From positions 506,307 to 570,306 of the forward strand of contig MNCI01000415.1 of NCBI GenBank assembly GCA_015680685.1: a stretch of 64,000 nucleotides of DNA, in the 5' to 3' direction. The DNA is from Gnetum montanum (taxonomy: Eukaryota; Plantae; Gnetophyta). Positions 1 through 12,803 of the stretch are shown here, in pieces. The position numbers and the translations under genes are program-made. The notes under the pieces are model-generated. The model worked only from the letters and a program-made list of their open reading frames with translations, had not been told where the DNA came from and did no database searches. Within the stretch, counting starts at the first letter, position 1. The number at the start of each line of letters is the position of its first letter.

Positions 1-753
1 TGACAAAGGCAAAACCAAGCGGAGAAACTTAAGCCCTGCACATAACAAGGGTAAGGGAAAAATTCCTATCTCCGATGAGGCTGTAAGTTCTGATTCAGAC
101 AATAATAATGGATGTGAGGTCTGCTACTATGACCATCCTAAGAGATGTTGCCCAATTATCTCACATCTGCAGGAGTCTGGGGTGTATGCATTAAATCCAA
201 GACTTAATCAACAGCAAACACCCCGAAGGTTACCTTACCCATAAGGTAACCCAAGGCAGTTCCACCAACCCTTAACATATTATCCAAGTGAAAAGCCTCC
301 ACAGCCCATTGGACAACATTAGCAGTGGCAATACCCACAGTCATGGGGGATGCCATAGCCAACACATCAATACCCTTATCGGTAGCCCGATCCTTATGGT
401 TATTATGTGCAGCAGCTAGTTTCTCCAGGTGACTCTATGGGTCACACTACCTTCCAACATCACTACCAAGCTCGGGAGTACTTCAGGAGGACTCCTTCTC
501 CTCTGGGAGACATCTCACATTCAATCCATCCTCTAAATCTACCCACACCTCTTTCACCTGTAGTTCCCATACAACTTGTTCCAATAATGTAGGGGGAATT
601 GCCTACCCAACCGCAGCAACGTAACGCCGCAAGAGCTGTAAATATTCAGTGTGTAAATATCCAACCGGGTGCTAGTTCTAATGACAACTGTACAAAGAAG
701 AGACCTTTTTTCAAAACTAGGAGCCTAGACAAACTCTTGCAACAACAAGCGGA

Positions 754-1435
754 NNNNNNNNNNNNNNNNNNNNNNNNNNNNNNNNNNNNNNNNNNNNNNN
801 NNNNNNNNNNNNNNNNNNNNNNNNNNNNNNNNNNNNNNNNNNNNNNNNNNNNNNNNNNNNNNNNNNNNNNNNNNNNNNNNNNNNNNNNNNNNNNNNNNNN
901 NNNNNNNNNNNNNNNNNNNNNNNNNNNNNNNNNNNNNNNNNNNNNNNNNNNNNNNNNNNNNNNNNNNNNNNNNNNNNNNNNNNNNNNNNNNNNNNNNNNN
1001 NNNNNNNNNNNNNNNNNNNNNNNNNNNNNNNNNNNNNNNNNNNNNNNNNNNNNNNNNNNNNNNNNNNNNNNNNNNNNNNNNNNNNNNNNNNNNNNNNNNN
1101 NNNNNNNNNNNNNNNNNNNNNNNNNNNNNNNNNNNNNNNNNNNNNNNNNNNNNNNNNNNNNNNNNNNNNNNNNNNNNNNNNNNNNNNNNNNNNNNNNNNN
1201 NNNNNNNNNNNNNNNNNNNNNNNNNNNNNNNNNNNNNNNNNNNNNNNNNNNNNNNNNNNNNNNNNNNNNNNNNNNNNNNNNNNNNNNNNNNNNNNNNNNN
1301 NNNNNNNNNNNNNNNNNNNNNNNNNNNNNNNNNNNNNNNNNNNNNNNNNNNNNNNNNNNNNNNNNNNNNNNNNNNNNNNNNNNNNNNNNNNNNNNNNNNN
1401 NNNNNNNNNNNNNNNNNNNNNNNNNNNNNNNNNNN
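754..1435. other. Assembly gap (N run)
   Basis: Run of N; ORFs spanning it are artefacts. Confidence 1.
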
Positions 1436-3357
1436 TTTTGTTTTACACATTTTTGTTTTACAATGTTTTTGTTTTGCATGTTTTTATTTTACAAATTTCC
1501 TTAACTTTTCTTGTTTTTGTTTTAGAACATCGTTACACTTTTCTATTTTGTGTGTGTGTGTGTGTGTATCCACCTTGTAAGTTCGTCACCCAATAAGTGT
1601 TCAGGCCGATGGGATGAACTGTTTTCACATTGATTGCTAATGTTTGGTTTTTACCTTTAAGTCACAATGTTGATACTAAGGTATGTTCTTTTTATTTGGT
1701 AGGCAATGAGATCACTTCATCCATCCATCCATCAAAGTCTATTGTTTCTCTTGGCTTGGAAATGTACAGTTCCCTTCCAATAAGAACTTTAATGAACCGA
1801 TGACTAGGTATTTCTCAAACTAAGGAAGGACTCAAGGATTGCAAAGGGTGTGACTTCAAGGGAACTTGATGTTTTTATGTTGATCATTCTTTTGGATGCT
1901 TGGATGTTTTCTTCTTGAGTTTTATTATCGTTCTGATGTTACCCATTCTTTGGAAGCTGAGACAATAAAAATAAGAAGTCTTTGGATGGTGTGGTCCCCA
2001 CGCATAAAAACAAAAAACACAAAAAAAAAACAAAAAAAAATCAAAGTGAGGATTCAAAGCACAAAGCACACCCCTTAGACGGAATAACTTTGGGCTGCAA
2101 GCACTAGTTATGGAACCAAAGTGTTCTCTCTAACTAAGGCCCTTCTCGCTTCCCATTGCCTCCTTTGTTTCGTCAGAATGGCGGTGGCTCTTTGAAGATG
2201 CATCCTTGTTATCCAAAAGAATGGTTAACCAAATGCATTAATGTGAAGTCACTAGAAAGTGGTTGGTTTGAGGCCTAAGTTGGAATGAGATTCGCCAAGT
2301 CACATTAACCATAAAACACACAAGGGGCTGTACACCACCTTGTCCTTGAGATTCCATTCCATCCTTTTCTTTCCATCCTTCTCTCCATTGTTCACCTCAT
2401 TGCTGGTTGTATCATTAGTGTATATATTTTGGTTGATGCTTTATTTTCTTTTTGGTAAATTCTAGCGGTTAAGACTTTAACTCTTGTTCCAAAGGACATT
2501 CCCCGAGCCTACAAACTCTTTGAATGTGGGTTTGTTAGGGCATTAAGGGCATGAGCCTACTTTGGGGAGGACCCACGGACATTCCTATTTGGAACATTAG
2601 TTAACTTCTTTTCCTTAACATTTTGCAATTAATTTTATTTTTTTTCATTTCCATCTTGACATCCACTTCACTGATGCCATAGTTGTCCCTTTTTACCTAT
2701 CTTTCTTACTCTTTTTCTTTCTCCATTCTAACGCTACTAGAGGTTCACGATTAGTCATGGGGGTACGGGGCCTAATTTTTTGATTTTTCTCCTAAGCCCT
2801 GAATTTTTTTGTTTTTCTTCTTAACCCCTACACCTTCAATAATCATCATCTACATTTTCCCATGTCCATATCATCCATACCACAACCTAGCCAATGAACC
2901 TACACCGAAGTAATGTATTAATTACTTAATGATTCAATTACCCTTGTTAATACATGATTGTGTTGTGTGTGCAGATGGCAATCATACAACAATGGATTGG
3001 ATCTGGAGCAAACACTTGGAATGGAGTAGCGCTGAAGCAGCTATGCAAGGAGTAGAATCGATGATGTGCTTACGGATGGACAACGGAAGGCGCAATCTAG
3101 GTGTTGGCAGCAGCAAGACTCTTCTCTCTTCTTCTCTTCTCTTCTCTCTCCTCTTTTCTCTCAGCTACCAAATGTGGCCTGATGTCATTGTAATAAGGTG
3201 TTCACCCTTGTTGTCATGAACACCAGTTTTGTCAAGTCTTGTAATAATGAATCGTTCACATGTCATTCCATTAGTTCCATTCCCCTCAATAATCCCATAC
3301 CTACCTAATATCATTGTAAAGAACTTGAGGATGAGTTTTCATTCAGTCATGGGTGTA

Positions 3358-4112
3358 TGATGAGACGCGGATTGCACAAGCCACGATATCGTGGCCGACG
3401 GGATATCGCGGTTTGCTACCAAATCTATAAATAAGAGGCGGCACTTCCCTCATTTCAAATCCTAGGCATAAAGTAGCGAAGCTCTGGCGGATTGATCACC
3501 CCAGAGATAGAATATTTTCCATGTGCCCGCAGTAGNNNNNNNNNNNNNNNNNNNNNNNNNNNNNNNNNNNNNNNNNNNNNNNNNNNNNNNNNNNNNNNNN
3601 NNNNNNNNNNNNNNNNNNNNNNNNNNNNNNNNNNNNNNNNNNNNNNNNNNNNNNNNNNNNNNNNNNNNNNNNNNNNNNNNNNNNNNNNNNNNNNNNNNNN
3701 NNNNNNNNNNNNNNNNNNNNNNNNNNNNNNNNNNNNNNNNNNNNNNNNNNNNNNNNNNNNNNNNNNNNNNNNNNNNGTTTGGTCGCCACAGTTACATAGT
3801 TTAGGGTGTGTACGGCAAGTGGGAACGGATGCTGACGCTAGGACTTAGTGCTGTAGTTAGAATTAGTTTTAGTTTCTCAACCCTTCACCGTTTAGCATAG
3901 GAGATAAACCGAAAAATACCAAAAAAATCATATACCTCGGACTTACTTAACCATACACTGTGACAACAACAAGTAAGTCTGGGAAGACAATGAACGATTA
4001 ACCCCAAGTGTTCCATGGGGCGTTTAGGCATTTAGTCTACGGAGTTCAATCGAATCGCACGTGCTACGCTCACTTCGTATGGTTGAGTGTAGGGGTACCT
4101 CGCCACTCATCA
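3358..4112 (+). repeat. 3' LTR of element A (contains N gap 3536-3776)
   Basis: Starts TGATGAGA after purine-rich gtcatgggtgta and ends CCACTCATCA; reverse-complement homologue of the B LTRs. Confidence 0.9.
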
Positions 4113-6944
4113 AAGTAACTTTCCAATATCTCTCATCTTATATAAATCATCTTTTAGGGCCAAGAAAAAACTAGTATCATGGCTAGGAAGCTATGGTAGT
4201 GATAGAATTGGTCCACTTTAAAGTATTTAGGCATGGGAGGATCATATTTTATGGCTATGTTAGGATCCTTGGAAATCTCACATAAGAGATCATGCCTCTT
4301 AAGAGCATTCTTAGACAATTTCTAATATTGGATATGGTCACTTTTGAGCAACTGATCAAGAAGCTCCAATGGTTTCATGGATAGCTTAGTGTACTTAGAC
4401 CTATCTTTCTATTCAAAGTTAGGTTTTGGAGAGTTTGATGTGAAAGCACTAAATGTTGATGGTTGAGGAGTGATGGTAGGAGGCTTAAGTTGTGTTGTCT
4501 TTGGTCCTTGTGTTGTTTTAGTTCCTTGGCTATTGTGGCCACTACCACATGGGTTTGTTTTCCTTTGTCTCTATCACTTCATGTGTGTTAGTTCTTATAT
4601 GCTATGTAAATGAGGTCATTATTGACTTTTGTAGCATCTTCTATGTTTTTGGTATGGGAAAAGGCTTGACTAAGTAACCAGGGATCTAATTAGTAAGCCT
4701 TAGACTTGATGAAATTATTAACCCTCCCCTTAAAGATGGCCAAAAGATGTGTTTTAGAGATGGGTTCAAGGACTTTATTAAGGATAACATTCCATCTTTG
4801 TATGAACTTTTGGACAACTTCAAGAGGCCCCTATTTCACTTTCATAAGCTAATCTAATTTTGTATTAGGCTTCAAGTTATACTTAACATAGTTAAGGAAT
4901 TGTGTAATTCAGTCATCCAAAGAGACAATGGAGACTTTGGGTAGTACATGATACCAATCTAAGGTTTTCTAGTTAAAGATATGGGAAAGATATGCACCAC
5001 TGTATGTAATTAAGCTTGTAAAAATAGGCACTTAGAACAAAAAGTAATGAGATGAGCATTGGAATCACCCTCACCATTATATTTGATAAAGTATAGGATT
5101 AGGATTCCCGTAGGGAGAGTTATCTACAAGATGGTAAGGCTGATGAGATCAGCTTAGTAAAAGTCCATAATCTTTACCATCTAAGTGGTGCTAGCTTTAA
5201 GTTTCTACAACTATTTGGTAAGGTCCTATATCATTTGGAAGACTTGATCCAAGCCTTGGGATGCTCCTGTAGGCTACTGCATTTGTAATGATGGATAGGA
5301 ACAAGGCTAAGTGGCCTAAGGTAATGCCATTGACATTATTATGGATTGGAGAGGTTGGGTAACTTAAATGGTCTTGTTGATTACTTAAGAAATTAAATAA
5401 TCTATTGCCAAATGAGACAAAATGAAAATACACTATGATGTATGGAAAAATGATATGACACAAGACCCAAGAAGCAAAAATGAGAGATGTAACAATATGC
5501 AAGAATATCGCAACCAAAACAGTTGCAAATATTTAAATTAATTTATATAAAATTTTGTAAGTAAATAGGTTTAGAGAATACAAATCAATAGGCCTTAAAA
5601 ACCTAGAAATATAGGTAATATTCTTCAAAGTTTGATGTAGGATACAGGCTGTGTTTTGCACTTGAACTGCACTTGTCTTCAATTCAATCTACACTACCAC
5701 CACTACTGCTATGAAATCTACTCTAAAAAGACTATAAAAAGGGCTACAAGATGCTCTGTTCTATCACTAAATATGTCTCTATTGCTGCAAGTGATCTCTT
5801 TGCAAAACTTCCTCCAGCTTGTTTGCCAAAAAGATCCTCAAAATGATGTAGAATCTAGCATAAATAGGCTTGGAATTGGCTGATTCTCCACTAATTTGAT
5901 TTTGGCAAATTTTGGGATATTCTCTATAATGTTTTTTATGCTTTTGGTGGCTAAATGTATGGCATATGAGCCACTAGCATTTTTAACTATTTGGGCTTGG
6001 AACACTAGCATTTTTTGCATTTTTCACAATCCAAAATTCTAGCATATGGGCTACTAGCATTTTTGGCTTATGTTGCCAAATTTGATAGTGTATTTGGCAA
6101 TTTTGGCCCTCACACAGTGGCATAAATGAAATTCATAGTGCATGGACTATAAATTTTACTTTACAGATTAAAATATTCTGAAATTATTGCTAAAATAAGG
6201 CCACATTGTAGGATTTTTAATGGGGAAATAAGGTAATTATTTCTACTCCTAAATCCCTACCAAATTACAATGCAAATTTTGGCCACTAGGCTCTTTGTTT
6301 GTCACATAAATTTCCTTGAGGTATTTCAAGATCCAAACACATACAAAAGTCATAATGCCCAAACACACATAATTAACCACAAATATGCACATCATTCTCA
6401 TGCAATCTCTCTTTCAAACTCTTATGCACTCTCCATTTCTCATGTTAACTATGAAAACACAAAATAGTATTTATTAATTACAAGATAAGAACCCTAAAAG
6501 ATCCTTTTCCATGATCAACTTGAAGATTCCCTACTATTTTTGTCCTTGTTCGCATCTTTCTTGATTGCTTCCCAACTTGGAATTACCAACTTGGAACTTA
6601 CTTAGTTGTATGGGATGTATTCAACCTTGGCAAGATGTCTCCCTATCAACTCTAACTCTTAGTTAAGACATCTCCTTCTTAAGAAAGACATCTCATGTTA
6701 AGACAAGACATCTCCTCCTAAAGCTCGATGTCTCCCAAAAAATGTCTCCTATTTGGTATAGAAATCTCCCTAGAGACTTCTCTAGCTAGGACAAGAAGTT
6801 TCTTATTTACTTGGAATGTCTTCTATCACATTTCAACTCTTGGTCAACATGTCTCCTAGATCACCAAGATGTCTTTCTAGATTTCCAAAACTACAATCAA
6901 CTGCTTGTAGGGATGAAAAAGGGCTTGAAAGAGGTGTTCCTACA
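4113..6944 (-). mobile_element. Tat/Ogre-like Gypsy 5' fragment (LTR + decayed gag); mirror copy of element E 5' end, interrupted by element A
   Basis: Reverse-complement match to 38796-41578. Minus-strand gag relic (KYNGEGDSNAHL...LDWYH..., ending GHDTSFFLALKDDLYKMRDIGKLL at 4113). Confidence 0.8.
5636..6944 (-). repeat. Putative LTR (TGTAGG...CCTACA) of Tat-like element, left-arm copy
   Basis: Terminal inverted TGTAGG/CCTACA, directly upstream of the gag relic; no clear PBS recognised. Confidence 0.6.
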
Positions 6945-9150
6945 CTAGGAAGAATGTCCTTGATTGATTCAACATCAACTTAATTTTCTTTCTTAATGTC
7001 ACACTCATCATTCTTAAATGCCTCCTATAATTCTACTATTTCTATTATTGTGAAGAAATGGTAAAGCAAAATATACATATCCCTTCTCTTATGCTAATAA
7101 CTCTTACAATTTAAATAAAATGCTATCATATATATATTTCTTAAATTCATCAACAAAAATTTTAAATAAATGATATTTTTCCATGTTAATATTAATACCT
7201 ATCCTATAAATTATGGTATTTTTCCTCTAAACAATATCAAATAATTTTTTGAAAAATATAAAAAAATCCTTTATAGTTAATCTACTATGTAGCAAACAAC
7301 TGATTTCTCCATGAAGGAAAGTTTCTTCTTATATTTTAGCAATGTAAGATGCATGAACTCTTGATTTTTTCTATAGTAAAAACACCATCAATTAGTGGGA
7401 TGGTTGTAGCCATGATCTCCATAGAATCAAAAGACTTCAATTATTGATGAAACATTGATTGAATGAATGACTTAAGTTTAAGTTCTCCTTTTTAAACTTA
7501 ACATTTTTAAGTAATCTCATGAACATATAATTATCAATTAAATATCTATAGTAACAAAAGATATTCTAAAGTAATATACTATGAAAATTAATTAGATTTT
7601 GTTAGAATTGAACTAGAAGATGTTAAATTATTAAAATTCAATATTTGTTGCAAACATTATCTACATTGAGGTCTATGCAATGATCAATAGATGAATCCCT
7701 ACTACTAAAAAATTAAACTAGAGAAAGTTTTAATAAATGTGAATGCTTCATTTGATCACATTTCTACTTTATTATGATCATGTTATTGATTATTACTTTT
7801 TGTGGCTCATCTTTTCCCTTAAGATGCTTAAAATACATCAATCCATTGAGTATCGTATCAACACATGTTTTAATTTCATGTTGCTTTAGACCTTGAAGTG
7901 AATTAAATAGAATGATGCTTAAATATTTAAGATTATTTTCCATAAAGTTCTTATCAAAGGAAATCATGAAGCATCATTGCAAAATTTCATTTTGATACAT
8001 ATTAAAATATCATTCCATTTCTTGTAAAGAGAATTATCAAATTTTTTAAAAACATCACTTCTAAAGAGCCTTGAATGTTGATACATTAATAGGAAATAAA
8101 TAAGAAATATGACATATGAGATGTAAATGTTTTAATAATAGCTTCATTTCTTTGTTTGAATAGATTACACAAGGGAATAAATATAACTTACTTACTTGAA
8201 CATAAATTTCAAACTATTGTAGATCATCTCTAGAATCTAAAACTAAGCATCTTCCTCATGGAGATTAGATTCATTTACCAATGTGAAAACCTTACAACTA
8301 TAAATCCTGTATACTATGAGTATGTAGTCATGCATAACATTGACAATATTGTGTGTCATTATATGTAAGAGGCTCCTCAATGTAATTCATGCATATTAAT
8401 CTAATTCTAAACTTGGCTATAGCTTGATTGCATCAATCAATTTTAATTTGGTAGCTTACAAAAACCTTTGGATGGAAAAAAATACTTTCTATGTTTTGGT
8501 CACCATGATTCTCTTGTTGGAAACTCTAGCTACTCTCTTGTTATATAAATTAGACTTCTTTACTCCTTTAAAAGTAGTGATCGTGGGAGATCCCTCAGTG
8601 GTTACTATGAGATGAATCAAAGGATTTCTTAGTTGATGTAATAGAAGAAGTTTGTTTATGAGTCATATGACTAATTCATATGATTTTTCATGTAAAGAAT
8701 AACCAATTATGTTCTCATAATTATTCTCTATTGTAGAAACCTCACATATGCAAAAATATTACACTCAGTAAAGTCTAAGTTAATCTTCTCTATTTCATAT
8801 TTTTGAAAGGTAGCACTTTATTGAGTTTGTTTCATGTCAATAGTTATGAGTAGGAAGTGTCCACCATGTTGTATTGCTTTAGTTGAATATACAAAATTTT
8901 CTTCTTAAATATATATTATCATTTCCTTAATACTTGTAGTAACCATAATTCTCTAATCCTCATAAGAATTATTATCCATCAACATCCTTATGTCTTCCCT
9001 CTAGGTTCATGATTGACATGTACCATGATTTAGTTTGATTCATTTCCATATTTGTAATGTCTTGCCACTTGTTAACAGTAGAATTGTACCATTAATTATA
9101 TAATTAGCCTTTAAAAAAATGGATGCCTTATTATGAAGAGTTGCAACTAT
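6945..9150 (-). pseudogene. Very AT-rich decayed coding-like relic of unknown family
   Basis: Protein-like frames broken by stops (e.g. ORF 7764-7967); mirrored at ~36600-38795; no motif recognised. Confidence 0.3.
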
Positions 9151-9730
9151 TCACATTACCCCTCGAGAATGGGTTTGACCTATGGCATTTAAGGCTGGGC
9201 TTAGAAGTTGTATCAGCATAGAGTTGCAAAGCCAAGATTGGCAAGCGAAAAAAGCCAGGTGAAGTGGGGTAAAAAGAAAATGATTACCCCTTCAACTAAA
9301 TAGCCTAACCATGGTGCTAGTTCTTGATTGTCTTTAAGATACTAAGTGTCACAGGAAGATAACCTAGAGGACGTTATAGTATACCAACCTTTCATTAATA
9401 AAGTTTTTTGCTATTTTTTTTCTATTCAATCTATATTGATTTATCATTATTTTTCAAGTTGAATAAGAGATTAAGTTATTTTCAAGTAATTTAACAACTT
9501 AACACAATGAAAAATTGTATTTCATCAACATTTGAAAACAAGATGTCACATTTGGTATTGAAGCAAATCACAATTCAAGAGCCAGAGTGGAAGAAAGGTA
9601 GAATAAAAAATAGCATATATGTAAAATAAAGTATTATTATTAATATATGAATAAGATATAAAAGGGATATGGAAATATATGAATGGGATACATAAGAATA
9701 GAGATATGGAAAGTAGTCAAAAGAGGGAAA

Positions 9731-11847
9731 TCAGTCATCTAGTTTGAAGACTTTAAGAAGATCTACAATAGCTTTGGACTGGGCCTCACATTCCTTCTTA
9801 GTAGCATCATCCTTATCGATTATAGTCCAGCATCCAATCAAACCATTGCATAGTTTCCTAATATTTTTGGTGGAAATTTTTTTTGTTGCTTGCACCTTGT
9901 CAACCTTCACAAGTTCAAATTCCAATAGATTTACTTGAAGGATCCATTATGTCACATCTTCCTACCATTCCTTCTCCTTCCTCTACATACACAAGATCAA
10001 GACTATAAGTATAAAAAGATAATGATAACAAAAAAATAGAGAAAAAGAAAAGAGAGGAGAAAGAAACTACTTACATGAAGTCAATCATTCTCTATTTGGA
10101 GTATGCTATCATGGTTCAACAAGTACTGAGCCAAGCAAGTAGCACTCTCTAGTTCTCCTAAGAGTTGTTCAAGATTCCTCCTAACCTCTAGAATACTCTC
10201 AGTGATAGCATGAAAAGTGGATGTAGCACTAGCCTACACCAACTCATAATCACCCCTAAAGTCATAGGACTTGGACTTCCTCAAGTGATACAACTTCTTA
10301 CAAATAGAATAGGAAGTATTCTTCGCAATCCAATCATCAAGATTTTAAAGAAGAATAAGTTCTTCCATAGAAACCACCATCTATCCTAAAAAGAAAGGTG
10401 AACTCAAGATGGTAATGAAGGAGTTTATGCTAATAGATCTAGGAACAAAGAACACTAGCATGACCTATGGTAAGGAATCCTTTATTGGAGTCACACGTAG
10501 AGATGACACACAAGGAGATATTGGAGGTGGGATTAGAGTTTGTTCAAAACCAAATTTGCATAGAGAATCCTTCACCAACTCTTGAATAAAGTATTCTTGA
10601 CCCATTGACACCTACATAAAAGTGGCATAACATAAGAACAAAGAAAAAAGGAAGTATTCTAAAACCATATATTTTCTATCTATTAATCAAGTTATCTTTG
10701 ACTCTTTTCCCTTTCCTTTTTGCTTACTTAAACATTTCTACTTGAACCTTGTTTTTTGTGCTATTTTTAATCAAAAATTAGAAACAAAATAATTAAATAA
10801 ATAAATAGAAAATAATAATAATAATAATTTATGATTGAGGATAAACCTTGAAACTCAATTCTATAGTTGCCACATCATCACTTCCTGGAGTTGTCTTCCT
10901 AATACCTTCCCCTATTCCAATCTGCAACACAAAGTGCATTTCCACATAAATACCTTAACAAGAAAAATAATTAATAAATAAGAAAATATCAATAAGATAA
11001 ATTAAATTTTATACCATAGCAGTTCCCTCTAGATTGTGAACTTGTATGAGAGCTCTTTAATCCTGTTTTCCACCTTCAACATGACTCCTCATAATTCTCT
11101 TTTCCTCAAAAAAATCCAAATGTAGATTAGGATTGAAATGGTTGAGACTATTGGTTGTAGCATTGTAACTTAAGATCAAGTTCATGATTAGGGCTATACA
11201 ACAGATGGTATAAGATTCTATGGGATTTCTCTTAGTAGTTGTTGCAAGTTCCTTGGTAAGGAATAAGGTAGACAAACAAGAAAGTGAGCAATCAAACACT
11301 ACCAGTTTTTGCACCATGAAGAAGGTAGATGGCATGGGAACTAACGTGGAAAGACAAAGAATTCCACAAGACCTTGCTATGTATAAATTGACAAAATTTA
11401 AAATTATAAAATTCCTTCCAAACAAGAGTGGAGTGAGAAAAATACTCATACATTTCCTTTTCATAAAAATCCTTGAACTTAGTTAATTTCATACTAGGTT
11501 CAAATGGATCCTTCGCAACATGAAATCCCAAAGCAATTCATATAACATCAAGAGTAAACACTATACTTCCAAAGACCATTCTAGAAACATAAATTTCCGA
11601 GAGATAAACATTGCACATGCTTGTTATAAGATCATTGCATTGAACAATTTTAAAAATAGAGAAACCAATAGCTTCGATATCTAGAAGTTCTGAGATACTC
11701 AAAGCCAACAACATCTAGCAAACTACGAACTATATTGGTAGCCTCAACTACATTATTTTGACACAAATCAATAGAAATAAATGTAAAATTATTTGAGGGA
11801 GCAATAGAAACAGGAGAAACTTGATGAGGGTGCTTTGGAGAAGCCAT
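9731..11847 (-). pseudogene. Multi-exon TE accessory gene relic (loosely like Gypsy-associated Transposase_28-type ORFs)
   Basis: Starts MASPKHP, ends VFKLDD*. Minus-strand intron-like segments near 9982-10074, 10612-10695 and 10922-11013. Mirror copy at 33913-36020. Family call is a weak by-eye resemblance. Confidence 0.45.
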
Positions 11848-12803
11848 CTCGCAACTTGCTATGTCAAAATCTCTCTACAATTGCTATGCAAGAAGGATTG
11901 ATTTGCACAAAAAGAACTAGTTTTCATGAATTTACAAGAAAAATCATAAACCCTAGTAACTGTTCAAGGCATAGTTGATTCAAGAAATGTGTTGTTACCA
12001 TTACGTAAACATATATTTAATTATTAATTAGCTTTTGTAATTAATAAATTATGTAAACCAACGTTATTCCAAGCTAAACATGTAGTGCTCTCTAAGACAA
12101 TTTAGTACCAGTTTCATCAAAATTCCACTTACGATTGGTGAGACATAGCATTTCTCAAGTTTCATGCCGTTTATTAAAATTTTTTAAAAAAATTACCTTA
12201 GAAAAGCATAAGTTCAAAAAAATAAGTGAGGGGATGGGTTTGTAGGTTCGAACCCCTACCCTAAAAGTTTGTTAAAAAAGTGGGTGGGTCGGATTGCCTA
12301 TTCGAACCCCAGCCCCAAATTTCGGCTGGGCTGCCCATGTCCACCTAGGCTATGCAGGCCTAGACAGCAAGCCCACCACCATGATGTCTACCACTATGAT
12401 GTTGCTGCTGGCCGTGCTACCACTACCAACTCAACCGTGGTGTGCATCGCTTACTATTTTCGCTGCATGCCACTGTGCCTGTACCACCCAAAACCTGCAC
12501 ATGTGCTCTATGAAAACCCTCACTCGACTGCTCCATCACCGTAAGTCATAATCAAGGAATTCTACACCCTATAAGTCATGGTGTAGTTGTCGATCAGTTC
12601 ATGATTGGGATTTTATTCATACTGTGAGTAACAGTTAGATTGCAGCAAGGTCTTGGTGATTTTATTAAGGAGACTGGGTTAATCGACTTGTGGTCCACTT
12701 GTAATGAAGGCCACTAACCCACCATGAGTAACGATGGGGATTTAAACCATATGAATTGTAAATGGTCTTAGACATCTAAGTTTATCACAAGTTGTAGGGT
12801 GCT

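Larger units (their letters stand above)
1..4112 (+). mobile_element. Athila-like Ty3/Gypsy element A (5' part outside window), same family as element B
   Basis: 1-753 aligns to the reverse complement of ~16540-17263 (gag C-terminal region of B, e.g. HNKGKGK...GCEVCYYDHPKRCCPIISHLQESG). 1436-3357 aligns to B 13614-15550. Ends in an LTR at 3358-4112. Confidence 0.9.

Noticed and set aside
599-3848. Long ORFs at 599-1504 and 3492-3848
   Set aside because: They are open only because they cross N gaps.
6630-6880. Auxin response elements (TGTCTC cluster)
   Set aside because: More simply explained as CpG decay of AGACGTCT palindromes; there is no functional evidence.
9347-9563. Small LTR/TRIM ending tgtcaca with a Met PBS
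   Set aside because: No partner LTR or TSD found, so it cannot be supported.
12236-12320. tRNA/SINE B-box-like ggttcgaacccc (two copies)
   Set aside because: No A-box at proper spacing, cloverleaf or tail; it looks like a short repeat inside an LTR-like segment.
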